This document shows positions 1 to 9,330 of a DNA stretch of 55,260 nucleotides, piece after piece. This DNA comes from a virus (Duplodnaviria; Caudoviricetes), in IMG/VR virus record IMGVR_UViG_3300025191_000002, positions 1 through 55,260 of that record. One strand, 5' to 3'. The translations under genes and the position numbers were made by a program. The notes beneath the pieces are model-generated. The model ran no database searches and had not been told where the DNA came from. It saw nothing but the letters and a program-made list of their open reading frames with translations. The first letter of the stretch is position 1. Each line of letters begins with the position of its first letter.

Positions 1-126
1 GCTCCGTCATACCTTCCATTTCGGCTGCGATAGTCGCTGCGTCTTTTTCAAGTAAGCCGGCACTAGCACTTAGATCATTTGCCTGTGTGCCTATGTCAGT
101 AGGTGTATTTGGGATTGGTGCAGAGT
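1..126. repeat. Terminal direct repeat, left copy (circular-assembly overlap)
   Basis: 1-126 is identical to 55129-55254; the copies then diverge (the last 6 nt, ttgcgt, do not match). Confidence 0.95.
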
Positions 127-976
127 CGGTGTTGCTTGGCTTAGGCTTGTGCTGTTCGCCAAACGCGCTTTGTACGCGCTTTTCAACTTCTTTAAATCGC
201 TCTGCGACTGTTTTGTTTGCAAACGATGGGTCTTTTGCGAGCTTGTCATCAATAACCTTTGCCATATCCCACTTATCAACGTCATTTTGCATCCACTGCT
301 TTAAATGCTGTGATTGCGCAAACGCTTCTTGCACTTCATTTTGTGAAGGTGCTTGTGGTGTTTCTGGCGCCGGCTGGTTCTTTGAACCGTATTGCTGAAT
401 TTGGCTAGCTAACTCACTAACTAATTCGCCAAGCTCCGGATATTCATCTTTAATACGCTCCATTAGCTCAGGATCTTTAAGCATTTCACCTGGCAGTTTG
501 CGTGGGTCCATACCAGCCTCTTTTAACTGGCTGCTGTGTAACTCTGCTACACGTTTGGTTTCCTCAAACTGACTTTCAAGCTCTGCTTTTTCTTGGGCGA
601 TACGTTGTTTTTCGGCTTCGGCTGCTGCTGCGCGCTCACGCGCTTGTGCTAGCACTTCATACGGCAAACTGTGTTGACCGTTTTTACTGCTAACGTCCGT
701 TGCTTCAACGTAATACTTACCGTCAATTTCAACAAAACCTTCTGGTGCTTCACCCTCTTTGGTTGACGACTCCCCTTCTACGTCTGTTTTAGCTGGTGCT
801 TCGCTTACTTCCTGCTTTGGCTCTGCTGCAGGTGCCTCTTGTTTGGTTTCTACTACAGGCTCTTTTTCGCCATCTTCGCCACCAAACAGTGTTTCACCAT
901 CAATATCTAGGCCTGCTAATGCCGCCTCGATTTCTTCATCAGTGCCATTTGCTAATATCTCGTCTAATTCATCCAC
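1..976 (-). CDS. Probable capsid scaffolding protein, 5' part (missing from ORF track because it runs off the left end)
   Basis: GTG at 976 after GGGGTAATAAA; open frame (M)DELDEILANGTDEEIEAALAG...NGQHSLPYEVLAQARERA...; continues via the repeat to a TAG at 55085-55087 (339 aa total). Acidic and directly upstream of the major capsid gene. Confidence 0.8.
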   Translation of the reverse strand, partial: MDELDEILANGTDEEIEAALAGLDIDGETLFGGEDGEKEPVVETKQEAPAAEPKQEVSEAPAKTDVEGESSTKEGEAPEGFVEIDGKYYVEATDVSSKNGQHSLPYEVLAQARERAAAAEAEKQRIAQEKAELESQFEETKRVAELHSSQLKEAGMDPRKLPGEMLKDPELMERIKDEYPELGELVSELASQIQQYGSKNQPAPETPQAPSQNEVQEAFAQSQHLKQWMQNDVDKWDMAKVIDDKLAKDPSFANKTVAERFKEVEKRVQSAFGEQHKPKPSNTDSAPIPNTPTDIGTQANDLSASAGLLEKDAATIAAEMEGMTE

Positions 977-1062
977 TTTATTACCCCATCGACCATTTAA
1001 CGTATGGTTACGAAAATTAAAATTTAGGCGTATCGCTGCCCCTGCGAGTTTGTGCATCGCAC

Positions 1063-1094
1063 AAAAAAGCCGCCTTGATTTCTCAAAGCGGCTT
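1063..1094 (-). terminator. Intrinsic terminator upstream of scaffold gene
   Basis: Minus strand AAGCCGCTTTGAGAAATCAAGGCGGCTTTTTT: hairpin plus U tract. Confidence 0.7.
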
Positions 1095-1125
1095 CGTTTC
1101 TGCGTAGTACGTTATGTATTACTGT

Positions 1126-1326
1126 CTATTGGTTTGCCCATATTCTGCTTGCTAGCGTTTCGGCGTAGGCTTCCATAAATCCAGCCTGCTTAACCATCCT
1201 TGCCTGCTCCAAATCATCAAGCGTTTTAAATATTTCATTACCATGAATAAAAGCGTTAAGTGCTTTTATCTTAACAGTTAGCTCTTTGTGCTCGTCTTTC
1301 ATTCTCTTTACGTGGTTATTACTCAT
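1126..1326 (-). CDS. Small helical protein, crAss001_48-like
   Basis: Pattern RMxxEHxEL..KIxAL..F....F..L...EQ..M..Q...M..Y...L..RI recalled for this family. Confidence 0.65.
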   Translation of the reverse strand: MSNNHVKRMKDEHKELTVKIKALNAFIHGNEIFKTLDDLEQARMVKQAGFMEAYAETLASRIWANQ

Positions 1327-1337
1327 TACAATTAGCC

Positions 1338-1508
1338 TTATCTGTATGGTTTGCGTAGCTTTACGTTTAAATCACCCCAACTGACACACGCTATCTTTTG
1401 GTTGTTTTTATATGGCTCAGGCTTTAGTACGCCATTAGGATATTTAACTGTTGCCGGCTCAAACGCTGGCATTATGTATTTTAAAAACCAGTGCTTGAGT
1501 ATGTTCAT
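1338..1508 (-). CDS. 56-aa hypothetical protein (not in ORF track)
   Basis: MNILKHWFLKYIMPAFEPATVKYPNG...KLRKPYR*; fills the gap between co-oriented neighbours, with GAGGG upstream. Confidence 0.6.
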   Translation of the reverse strand: MNILKHWFLKYIMPAFEPATVKYPNGVLKPEPYKNNQKIACVSWGDLNVKLRKPYR

Positions 1509-1510
1509 GC

Positions 1511-1909
1511 TTACCCCTCGTGAATGGCTTGTTTAACGATAGCGCTGAAAATATAGTCTTTGGCTTGCTGCTCTACTGGTAAATGATGAAATGGCACCAT
1601 ACATGGGTGCTCTTTTTTATTGGCATCTTTCACTTTGCCATACTTCCAGCCAGCAACTACCTTTTCAGCCATCCAGCTATCGTGAGAAGCACTAGCCGGT
1701 GCGTCAGGGTTTAATATATGAAACGCAACACCTTTTATCGCTGAGTCAATCTGCCATTGCGGGGCCATTTCCCAACTAGGCTGATCTTCGCGCAGCGCTG
1801 AACAGTAGGCGCGATTAACTTCGTGACACATCTTTGCAATAGCTTTTATTTGCTCCATGTGCTCTGCTGGTATGTGCTCAATGCTTTCTAATTCATTACT
1901 CACTTTCAA
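1511..1909 (-). CDS. RyR (ryanodine receptor repeat) domain protein
   Basis: SHDSWMAEKVVAGWKYG..KD...KEHPCMVPF..LP..QQAKD matches the RyR-domain pattern. Confidence 0.8.
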   Translation of the reverse strand: MKVSNELESIEHIPAEHMEQIKAIAKMCHEVNRAYCSALREDQPSWEMAPQWQIDSAIKGVAFHILNPDAPASASHDSWMAEKVVAGWKYGKVKDANKKEHPCMVPFHHLPVEQQAKDYIFSAIVKQAIHEG

Positions 1910-2198
1910 TTACCTCAATGCCAAGTACAGCCACTGTTGAGCCGCTTACAGTTGCCTTAATGCCTGGCGCTGTTGAATTTGTTTCATAGCGCCAGCCTTT
2001 ATGATAAATAGCTAAGCCGCCGTCATTAGAAGTTGGCTCGCCATCCGTTTCATGGATAAACACATCAACTTCACTTTTGTTTTGGATTTTAAGCACTGTG
2101 CCTGCTGGTATCTGCGGTAAATTTGGTTGTGCGTTAAGCAAAGCCAAAACATCGTTTGTTGTTTTAGGCTTAATTGTAATGTTAGGTCTTTGGGCCAT
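1896..2198 (-). CDS. Hypothetical beta-rich protein, possibly virion-associated
   Basis: ORF with GGGGAA RBS, co-oriented in the head module. Confidence 0.65.
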   Translation of the reverse strand: MAQRPNITIKPKTTNDVLALLNAQPNLPQIPAGTVLKIQNKSEVDVFIHETDGEPTSNDGGLAIYHKGWRYETNSTAPGIKATVSGSTVAVLGIEVIESE

Positions 2199-2210
2199 GT
2201 TTATTCCCCG

Positions 2211-3407
2211 TTAAATTTTAAATATTCGCGGACTTCTCAGCGTCCAATTTAGGTTTGAACCGTAACCTTGAATAGATGGTTTAATGTAAGTTGAGTTGCC
2301 TACGTTTATGGGTGGAGTTGATATTCTGATTTCACGCTGGGTTGTCACACCTGCGGGGGGTTGAAATTGGAACTTAGCAGTTCCGGCGTTCGAATCTTGT
2401 GTGTTAAATGCGATTGAAAATGTTGAAATATCTTCGCTATTCTCTATTGAAACGATTGCATCGAATATGTAAGTCTCATTCGGTTCAACTGTCACATTAG
2501 GGCAAAGCACTCGCGCTTGTGTGGTTGGTGACTCTGCTCCGGTTCTAAACGAAATAACACCATCGCTAACAGAAGCGCCAACACCTGTGCCACTCCCTGT
2601 CCCACCATCAGTAGGATCGGGATATTGCACAGTCCATGAAGTAGGCATTTCACCCGTACCACCATATATAACCGCGCCGTCATTACCTTCAAATTCAGGG
2701 TTTGGAGCAAGGTTCATAATATCGCCACAGCCTGAATCAAAGTGATCATCTACAGCTTTTGCAATGTTTTCACCGATCAAATAAGCACCGCGCGTGTTTG
2801 GATGCAAATTATCAAGCGTTACATCATCGTAATTTTCAGCAGTAACCGCGGCGTTAAATGTTGTGTAGTCGTCAACGATAAAACACTTATTGTTGCCAGC
2901 TGCTATTTTTACGTATTCGGCGTTTAGTAAATCTATTTGGTCGTTAATTCCGCCGGATCGATACGCGACAGGGCAAAGTATCACGTATTGATTATTCGCC
3001 GTGATCTGATTAACTAAGCTAAGCATGTTAGTCGATATTTCGTTTACTGATACGTCTGCTGCAATATCGTTAGTACCAGCCAAAACAACTACGATGGTTG
3101 CATCACTCAGTAATACATCATCTATGCGCGCCAGCATATCACTAACTTTATTGCCGCTGGTGCCAGCGTGATCTAAAACCTTTAGCGTGCTATTTGACAA
3201 CATGTTGATCCAGACCCAGTAGCCGACAGTTTTAGTTACATAAGTGTCAGTGCTTGAGTTTCTGTGGGTAGCCCCGTTGTGCGTAAACGAATCACCAAAG
3301 GCGATTAATGTTTGCAGGCCGGTTATTAGTCTGTTTATTTTTTTAGTTCCTAAATGGCGCTGAATAAACCCCGCTTGCTCCAACTCTTCTGCAATTAAAG
3401 TAGCCAT
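2211..3407 (-). CDS. SGNH/GDSL hydrolase with C-terminal carbohydrate-binding-like beta domain
   Basis: Blocks FGDSFT, HAGTSG, LAGTND and DNLHPN; the C-terminal domain starts NLAPNPEFEG. Confidence 0.8.
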   Translation of the reverse strand: MATLIAEELEQAGFIQRHLGTKKINRLITGLQTLIAFGDSFTHNGATHRNSSTDTYVTKTVGYWVWINMLSNSTLKVLDHAGTSGNKVSDMLARIDDVLLSDATIVVVLAGTNDIAADVSVNEISTNMLSLVNQITANNQYVILCPVAYRSGGINDQIDLLNAEYVKIAAGNNKCFIVDDYTTFNAAVTAENYDDVTLDNLHPNTRGAYLIGENIAKAVDDHFDSGCGDIMNLAPNPEFEGNDGAVIYGGTGEMPTSWTVQYPDPTDGGTGSGTGVGASVSDGVISFRTGAESPTTQARVLCPNVTVEPNETYIFDAIVSIENSEDISTFSIAFNTQDSNAGTAKFQFQPPAGVTTQREIRISTPPINVGNSTYIKPSIQGYGSNLNWTLRSPRIFKI

Positions 3408-3409
3408 TG

Positions 3410-5506
3410 TTACACCTTTATTGCGTCTAGTTGTTGTTGAATGTTGGCTTGTACGTTTGATTTCATAGCCGCTATCTCTGCGTTGCTCTTACGCACTTCA
3501 CTTAAAATCTTTTCTGTTTCAGCAACTAACTTGTCGTCTTTAACCTCTTCGGTTTCAGCTCGCTTCTGCAGCTCAAGTATCTTGCCTTTTAATTGTTCGC
3601 GCTCAAGTGTTAGCTTTTCAAGGTTGCCTTGAATTTCTTGCATTTGTAGCTGCTCCATCGCCTGTGCTTTTTCGGCTTGGGCTTTTGCTTGTGCAAGTTC
3701 TTCTTCGCTCATATCTTCTTGAGGCTTAGGTATGTTTAATGCCTGGCGTAGTGTTGCCAAAAATTCTTCTTTATTTGGTAGGTCCATTAGCTCAACGAAC
3801 ATAGGCATTGTTGCCGCTTGTGCTTCTGGTGGTATTTGTGCCATTACGTTGCTTAATAGCGTTGCTTGTTGCTGGCGATACGTTGGCGTAGCTTTAACTG
3901 GCGCTAATGCTAAGTGGCCTTTCCAACGTGCAACATCATTGCTGCGCTTACCTTCTTCATTAGGCTGATTGAGCACAATTTGCTTGCGCTTCGCTTTATC
4001 GTCACGATTAACAGTAACCTGTATGTTATTTTGCGGCTTTAAATCTTCAATAATGTACGCAAGTAGTAAGTCGCCTACGCGATTACGCGAAAAGTGAAAG
4101 TTATCATTCAATTCAGCAAGTGTTGTTGTGCCTTGCTCAACCAAGTTAGAAATGGCAACACCGCTTGTCGCATTACTGTCTTGGCCTAACATCGAGTTAT
4201 AAACGCCGGCAGTATCCTGAATTAACTTCATATCGTTTTGCATCAGGTTAAATTGCTGTGCTGCGATACCTACATCATTTTGAATGCTTAGCGCATCAGC
4301 GGCTTTTAACTTGCTTTTACGGTCAGGATTTAGCGGTATGTAACCGTCCGGCTTTTCGACTTCTTCTTTTAATCTGTCATCACTTAACTGTGTCGCATCT
4401 TCATCAGCCACTATTCGGCGCGCTTGTAGTAAGTAATTAAGGCGGATAACGCGGGCATTAATGCCGTCTTGTGCGGGTATCATTCGACTAACAAGGCCGT
4501 AAGGTTCGCCGCTTGCGTCTTTTTGGTAACCAATGAACGGTATCAGGTTATACATGCCGTTAGGCGCTTCACTGGCTCTATCAATAATACGGTGAGGGCC
4601 AACAAACCACGCTTCACGCACATTAGGGAATGAGGCGTATTCAAGCTTAACCTTGCCTGTTTGTACTGCTGCGCGGTGTAAATCGTTGTTTTTATCGTAT
4701 TCGATTACACGACCATCACTCATCTTGATAACGTGTGCGCGTTTCCATACTTTGTAGTAAACAACTTGAAGTAAAACACGGTTGCGCGTTTGGTCTAGCC
4801 ATTCGCTCATGCCCCGGTTCCAACTTTGACTATCATGCCAGGCTGAGTGCAAGGCGTGATCATCAACACCTTCTTTATCAACCGTGTTGTAAAAATCTTC
4901 CCACAAGTTAACCGAGTTTTTTAAGACCTCTTTGTGCTCAGGAAACGTAGCTAACGCTTCGTCTAAATCCATCCACTTTTTGCGCAGCATCCAGCGTGCA
5001 TCGCTTCTATCTGCTTCTTGAGCGTTCCAATCCCACCACACTTCGCGGCGGTGAATATACTTAACACGATATGGCGCAGCGAATGGAATAGGGTTTTTAG
5101 TAACTTCAACCCAGCCTATACCGCTTTTTAATTGGCTTGCATACGCATCTGAGCACGCACGATCGGCATGTGACAAACGCCATGCGTCCTTAAACTTTTC
5201 GTTTAAGCCTTTTGCTAATTCTTCGCCGTTATCATCATCGGCCACGATCATTAAGTCAGAGCGCGAGCGCGCTTCTAAACCAAGAACGCCATCAATAGTA
5301 GGTCCAATCATGTTGTGTACTATTTCAGGTTGCCCACGGCGTTTAAGTATTGCGCGTATTTCTTCCGCTAACTGGTCGCCATCGTAATAAGCACATGCTT
5401 TTGTTGCTGGCGTGCGCCAATCTGGTTGGCTATCAATGTCACCAAGTAGCGTTAACAGCTTGTCTAGCGTAAAGCCGTCTTTATTTGATTTTACGTGATC
5501 AGCCAT
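3410..5506 (-). CDS. Portal protein (P22/933W-like)
   Basis: 698 aa after terminase; YYDGDQ...RGQP...N.I.PTIDGVLGLE and SGVAI motifs; C-terminal coiled-coil barrel. Confidence 0.9.
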   Translation of the reverse strand: MADHVKSNKDGFTLDKLLTLLGDIDSQPDWRTPATKACAYYDGDQLAEEIRAILKRRGQPEIVHNMIGPTIDGVLGLEARSRSDLMIVADDDNGEELAKGLNEKFKDAWRLSHADRACSDAYASQLKSGIGWVEVTKNPIPFAAPYRVKYIHRREVWWDWNAQEADRSDARWMLRKKWMDLDEALATFPEHKEVLKNSVNLWEDFYNTVDKEGVDDHALHSAWHDSQSWNRGMSEWLDQTRNRVLLQVVYYKVWKRAHVIKMSDGRVIEYDKNNDLHRAAVQTGKVKLEYASFPNVREAWFVGPHRIIDRASEAPNGMYNLIPFIGYQKDASGEPYGLVSRMIPAQDGINARVIRLNYLLQARRIVADEDATQLSDDRLKEEVEKPDGYIPLNPDRKSKLKAADALSIQNDVGIAAQQFNLMQNDMKLIQDTAGVYNSMLGQDSNATSGVAISNLVEQGTTTLAELNDNFHFSRNRVGDLLLAYIIEDLKPQNNIQVTVNRDDKAKRKQIVLNQPNEEGKRSNDVARWKGHLALAPVKATPTYRQQQATLLSNVMAQIPPEAQAATMPMFVELMDLPNKEEFLATLRQALNIPKPQEDMSEEELAQAKAQAEKAQAMEQLQMQEIQGNLEKLTLEREQLKGKILELQKRAETEEVKDDKLVAETEKILSEVRKSNAEIAAMKSNVQANIQQQLDAIKV

Positions 5507-5509
5507 TTG

Positions 5510-7243
5510 TTATCTTGCCATCCAATGATTAGGGTTGTGTGGTGCGGGTGTATTATCTTTTATTAGTCGTTTAGGCATTCTTACTCGCATTTCTTGTGCA
5601 ATCATGTAACTCATTACCTGATCATCAAACCCGCCAGGCTGTGCGCCCATGCGGCCTTTTTTGTCGTAAACAAATGTGCTTAGTTCGCTAGAAGTACCGC
5701 GCCAAACAATGCCGTCAGTATCGTTCGTTAGTAGTGCGTCTAGTCCACTGGTAAGAATTGGTTTTGACTGTGCGCTTGTGTGCCAGCCTACCTTGCGTGT
5801 TTCTTCGTCCGTATCTTCGAGATCAATGTGTTCTTCCATGTAAATCCGGCTCGTTGTGTAAATCTCAACAAGCTCTTGAAGTGTCGCATGACCGTGATTG
5901 TTTCGCTCAACGCCAATATAGGCCTTGTTATACATAAGTCCGATATGCTTGTTTATGTGTGCAAACCGTTTAGGGTCTATATGACCGAACCAATGTGCTA
6001 CCTGTCGCCCATCCGATTTGGCAACAACGTCTAATGAGCTGCGATCGCCATGTTCAAGTCCTTCTGCAACATCGCTACCGATCGCATAATCTTCGTTTTC
6101 GTCTGGTAATTCCCAAATAAGTAGATAGCCTAACGTTGATTGGGCCAGCTTATCGCTACCTTTGGCGTTTAAATCAACCTTGCCGTTCATTTTCTTCATA
6201 TTGCCGGTGTATGGCTCAAGATCATAAACGAGTAACGGCTTAACACAGCGCCCTTCGACACGCATTAAATCGTCACTATCAAATACTTTACGGCCTGATG
6301 TTAAAAAAGCCTCCATCGGTGTAGATGGATATTCCTGCTTCATCTTGCCTTTTTGGTTGCGCTCCTTGCCTATGTACCAGCTTATTTGCTCGTCTGTGAG
6401 CTTTACGCCGTTAGCTGCTTCAACTGCTTTGAAGTATTTGGCCTTTTCCTTTGAAAGTTTTAAACCACCTGTCGGCACTGGTGCCACATACTTAGGATCA
6501 TCAAACCACGGATAAAAGTGGAATTTAAAATCTTGCTGGCCTAGCGCAATGCCTGATGCTGATAAATCCATGGCATCGACTGACATATCAAAGAAATTGC
6601 CGCTTGCGCCTTCTGCTGTTGACTCTATAAAAATATAAGAGCCTTCATGTACCGCATTCAGTGAGCCCGATTGAACCTCGTCTGCTCGTAGTGGGTAGTT
6701 AGCACATATCTTGCCGTATTCTGATACGTGTAATACTTGAAGTGTTCCCGAGCGGAACGAAACAGCAACACGTATCCATGAGTCATTATTAAACTTTATG
6801 CCGGTGCCAGTTTTACTTTTAACTGAGCGCTTGCCCGTTTTAAGCCAACTTGGTAGCCGCTCGTAGGGATAAAGTATCTTAGATGAAAATATGGCGCTGG
6901 CTTCTTCTTTACCCTGGGCGATTACCCCGCACTGCCTGTTATCGTTAAACATGGCATGGTCTAGGATAAAAACCTGTATTGCTGTACTAAAGCCAAGCTG
7001 GCGCGCTTTTAAGATGATGTTTAAAAACCACATCGTTACAAAAAGCATGGTTTGCGCTATACGACAACGAAACAACACTTCACGGCCTTTCTCGTCCGCT
7101 ATGATGTATAAGTTGTTTAAACGCCACCACCAACAATCAAGATAGGGTTCGCATCGCTCTAAAAGCTCTACTTCATCTAAATTAAAGCGTTCTTCTTCTG
7201 TGAGCCATGTGCTCTTAGGGTATTTAGCTGGTTTTGGTTGCAT
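5510..7243 (-). CDS. terL: Terminase large subunit
   Basis: LKARQLGFST Walker A, LHVSE Walker B, ESTAEG motif III, GSDVAEG and FDDQVMS nuclease motifs. Confidence 0.93.
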   Translation of the reverse strand: MQPKPAKYPKSTWLTEEERFNLDEVELLERCEPYLDCWWWRLNNLYIIADEKGREVLFRCRIAQTMLFVTMWFLNIILKARQLGFSTAIQVFILDHAMFNDNRQCGVIAQGKEEASAIFSSKILYPYERLPSWLKTGKRSVKSKTGTGIKFNNDSWIRVAVSFRSGTLQVLHVSEYGKICANYPLRADEVQSGSLNAVHEGSYIFIESTAEGASGNFFDMSVDAMDLSASGIALGQQDFKFHFYPWFDDPKYVAPVPTGGLKLSKEKAKYFKAVEAANGVKLTDEQISWYIGKERNQKGKMKQEYPSTPMEAFLTSGRKVFDSDDLMRVEGRCVKPLLVYDLEPYTGNMKKMNGKVDLNAKGSDKLAQSTLGYLLIWELPDENEDYAIGSDVAEGLEHGDRSSLDVVAKSDGRQVAHWFGHIDPKRFAHINKHIGLMYNKAYIGVERNNHGHATLQELVEIYTTSRIYMEEHIDLEDTDEETRKVGWHTSAQSKPILTSGLDALLTNDTDGIVWRGTSSELSTFVYDKKGRMGAQPGGFDDQVMSYMIAQEMRVRMPKRLIKDNTPAPHNPNHWMAR

Positions 7244-7917
7244 TACTGACTAACCACCGTATCTAAACCGCCTGTGCGCTTATCAATGAAATCATCAAGC
7301 TTACTAGTGCCGCCGGCCTCTTTACGTGCTTTGGCTGCTTCATGCTCTGCAATTTCCGCCTGATGCTTACCACGTTTGGTGGCGTTGACCAGCGCTTGTG
7401 TTTGTTGCTTAATACGTGTCGTTTCAGCAATAAGCTTGCCGCGTGCTAGTGTGTCTGTCTCAAGGCTTGATAGCGTTTTAGTTATCGACTCAGCACGTAT
7501 GACATTTCTATCAAGTGACATTTCAGCTTTAAATAACGACTCGTAAAGCATCACTTTCGATTCGTTTGTAGTATCCGCATCATCTAATAGCTTTTGGATA
7601 CCCTCAATCGAGTCCATAACCATGTGAATGCGAGCGCGACATAAATCAAGTTCATCTTCTAGCGTTGTTGCTTCAACTAACTGATTAATGCCTTGCTTAA
7701 AATACTTTGTATAACCACCGTGTTTAAAGTTCGGCGCTCTTTTTAGCTTTTGACCTTCGTCTTTAACTACTTTGCGCGGTGCTTTTCTTGATGTTTTTAT
7801 GTGCTTACGCGCTGTGCTGTAGTTTAATTTGTTGTTGTCGCAAAAATCACGCAGCGATATTCTTGTTTCGCTATGCTCTTTTTGAAATAGCTCGTTTAAA
7901 TCGCTCCATTTTGACAC
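7243..7917 (-). CDS. terS: Terminase small subunit
   Basis: N-terminal HTH-like segment, NFKHGGY motif, coupled directly upstream of terL. Confidence 0.75.
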   Translation of the reverse strand: MSKWSDLNELFQKEHSETRISLRDFCDNNKLNYSTARKHIKTSRKAPRKVVKDEGQKLKRAPNFKHGGYTKYFKQGINQLVEATTLEDELDLCRARIHMVMDSIEGIQKLLDDADTTNESKVMLYESLFKAEMSLDRNVIRAESITKTLSSLETDTLARGKLIAETTRIKQQTQALVNATKRGKHQAEIAEHEAAKARKEAGGTSKLDDFIDKRTGGLDTVVSQ

Positions 7918-8189
7918 TACTTATCACCGCTGTTTACCTTGCACTCAGCTAATGCTTGTTCATCGTCACGCACCAGTTCTCTCATACGTGCCTTGTGGTA
8001 CTCAGCATCTTCACGGCGTTTTTGAAGTTCAAGCTCGTGCTTTTTGCTCTGATAGCGCCAGTTCATCAGGAATGTGATCACAGTAAATAAAATGCCAAGC
8101 GCTAGCGCCATGTTGTTAAGTGACAATAAACCGCCGACACCAGTGCCGATACTTGCAGTGTAGCTTGCTGCTGCTGTTGATCTATCCAT
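7917..8189 (-). CDS. Holin (HP1-family-like)
   Basis: MDRSTAAASYTAS...LSLNNMALALGILFTVITFLMNWRYQ with charged tail; start placed at MDRS rather than at the track start 8234. Confidence 0.75.
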   Translation of the reverse strand: MDRSTAAASYTASIGTGVGGLLSLNNMALALGILFTVITFLMNWRYQSKKHELELQKRREDAEYHKARMRELVRDDEQALAECKVNSGDK

Positions 8190-8466
8190 TATTAACTTCG
8201 CTGGCCCATTGTTTAATTCGTTTAATGTTTTCATCGCATTTGTCTATGACATACTCTAAATACTGCGCATACGCTAACAACGTCGCATTACCTGCTATTT
8301 GTTTGCGGTCAACGCTACAGTTTGATAGATATTCTTCCGGTGGCGCTAGGTACACGTACTCTGTCTGCGCCACCGTCCTTGTCACACTCACTGGCTCTTG
8401 CGTACTTGAGCAAGCGAACAGCATCACAAGGAACGCTATCATTAGCCCATGTTTTAATTGCTTCAT
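8182..8466 (-). CDS. o-spanin (Rz1-like lipoprotein)
   Basis: Lipobox LFA-C, PPEEYL..C segment; overlaps the i-spanin in another frame. Confidence 0.75.
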   Translation of the reverse strand: MKQLKHGLMIAFLVMLFACSSTQEPVSVTRTVAQTEYVYLAPPEEYLSNCSVDRKQIAGNATLLAYAQYLEYVIDKCDENIKRIKQWASEVNNG

Positions 8467-8812
8467 CGCTCGACTCTCGTAGTTTGTTAATTTCAGTTTG
8501 AGTTTTGTGCAAGCTGCTAGTTAAAGAGCTTACTTCCAACTGATAAGCATTATTTAAGCGCGATAATGTATTGCGCTCGCTTATCAACTTGGCATTTTGT
8601 TTTTCGGTAAGTTTAACGCTTTGAGTTAAAAACTCGGCTTGCATCGTGAGATTGTCTATCTCTAGGCTTTTTGTTGTTATTTTTTTGTTTGCTTCTTTTA
8701 ATTCGCTTTCAATAATAACAATCTGATATGTTGCGTAAGCGAGTGCCGCCAATAGAGCGACGATAGTCACCCTTTCAATGCTGCTGAACAGTTTTAACAT
8801 TAGTGACTCCAT
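8315..8812 (-). CDS. i-spanin (Rz/LysB-like)
   Basis: N-terminal TM helix, long coiled coil, WA...VP.D.VRLL motif. Confidence 0.75.
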   Translation of the reverse strand: MESLMLKLFSSIERVTIVALLAALAYATYQIVIIESELKEANKKITTKSLEIDNLTMQAEFLTQSVKLTEKQNAKLISERNTLSRLNNAYQLEVSSLTSSLHKTQTEINKLRESSDEAIKTWANDSVPCDAVRLLKYARASECDKDGGADRVRVPSATGRISIKL

Positions 8813-9266
8813 CCAGGCACATTGCGCGCTCTTTTTCTCTGCGAGTGATTAAGCCTGGTAACTTTTGGCCTTTGGCATAAATCCAGCGCGCCAACTCATT
8901 ACAAGCGCCAATGCGATCACCGCGATTTAGCTTGCTTAGCAATGTGCTGCTTCGGAAATTGCCAGGACCAACATTGTAATGAAATGACAAGTAAGCAATG
9001 TGCTCCCCTTGGCTCAGATTTACGTTTATCACGCTCATTAACTGCGAGTTGTGCTTAGCTAAGTCGCCTGCGAGTAAATTTAAACACTCGTCCTCTGTGT
9101 ACTCTTTGCCAACTACTGCTGTTTGTGTGTGTCCGTAACAAGTGGTTGCAATGCCAACAGGATCAACATAGCCGGTTAACTCTTGACCCTCAAATGTCGC
9201 AACTGTTACACCAGCTGCCGCAAGAACCGCAGTTAAACCCAGCGCTGTTAGTTTGCTAGCTTTCAT
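8775..9266 (-). CDS. GH24 lysozyme, probable SAR endolysin
   Basis: FEG...GYVDPVGIATTCYGHT (E-8x-D-5x-T triad); Ala/Gly-rich N-terminal hydrophobic helix. Confidence 0.92.
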   Translation of the reverse strand: MKASKLTALGLTAVLAAAGVTVATFEGQELTGYVDPVGIATTCYGHTQTAVVGKEYTEDECLNLLAGDLAKHNSQLMSVINVNLSQGEHIAYLSFHYNVGPGNFRSSTLLSKLNRGDRIGACNELARWIYAKGQKLPGLITRREKERAMCLDGVTNVKTVQQH

Positions 9267-9285
9267 AACTCAACCTTTCGCCCAC

Positions 9286-9311
9286 AAAAAAGCCCGACCA
9301 TAAGATCGGGC
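9286..9311 (-). terminator. Second tR'-like terminator before lysis genes
   Basis: Minus strand GCCCGATCTTATGGTCGGGCTTTTTT. Confidence 0.7.
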
Positions 9312-9330
9312 AAAGCAAGTAGCATAGAGC

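Noticed and set aside
2353-2364. Third G6 run resembling the promoter spacer motif
   Set aside because: Reads CGGGGGGTTG rather than TGGGGGGTTT and lies inside the SGNH coding sequence (Gln-Pro-Pro-Ala).
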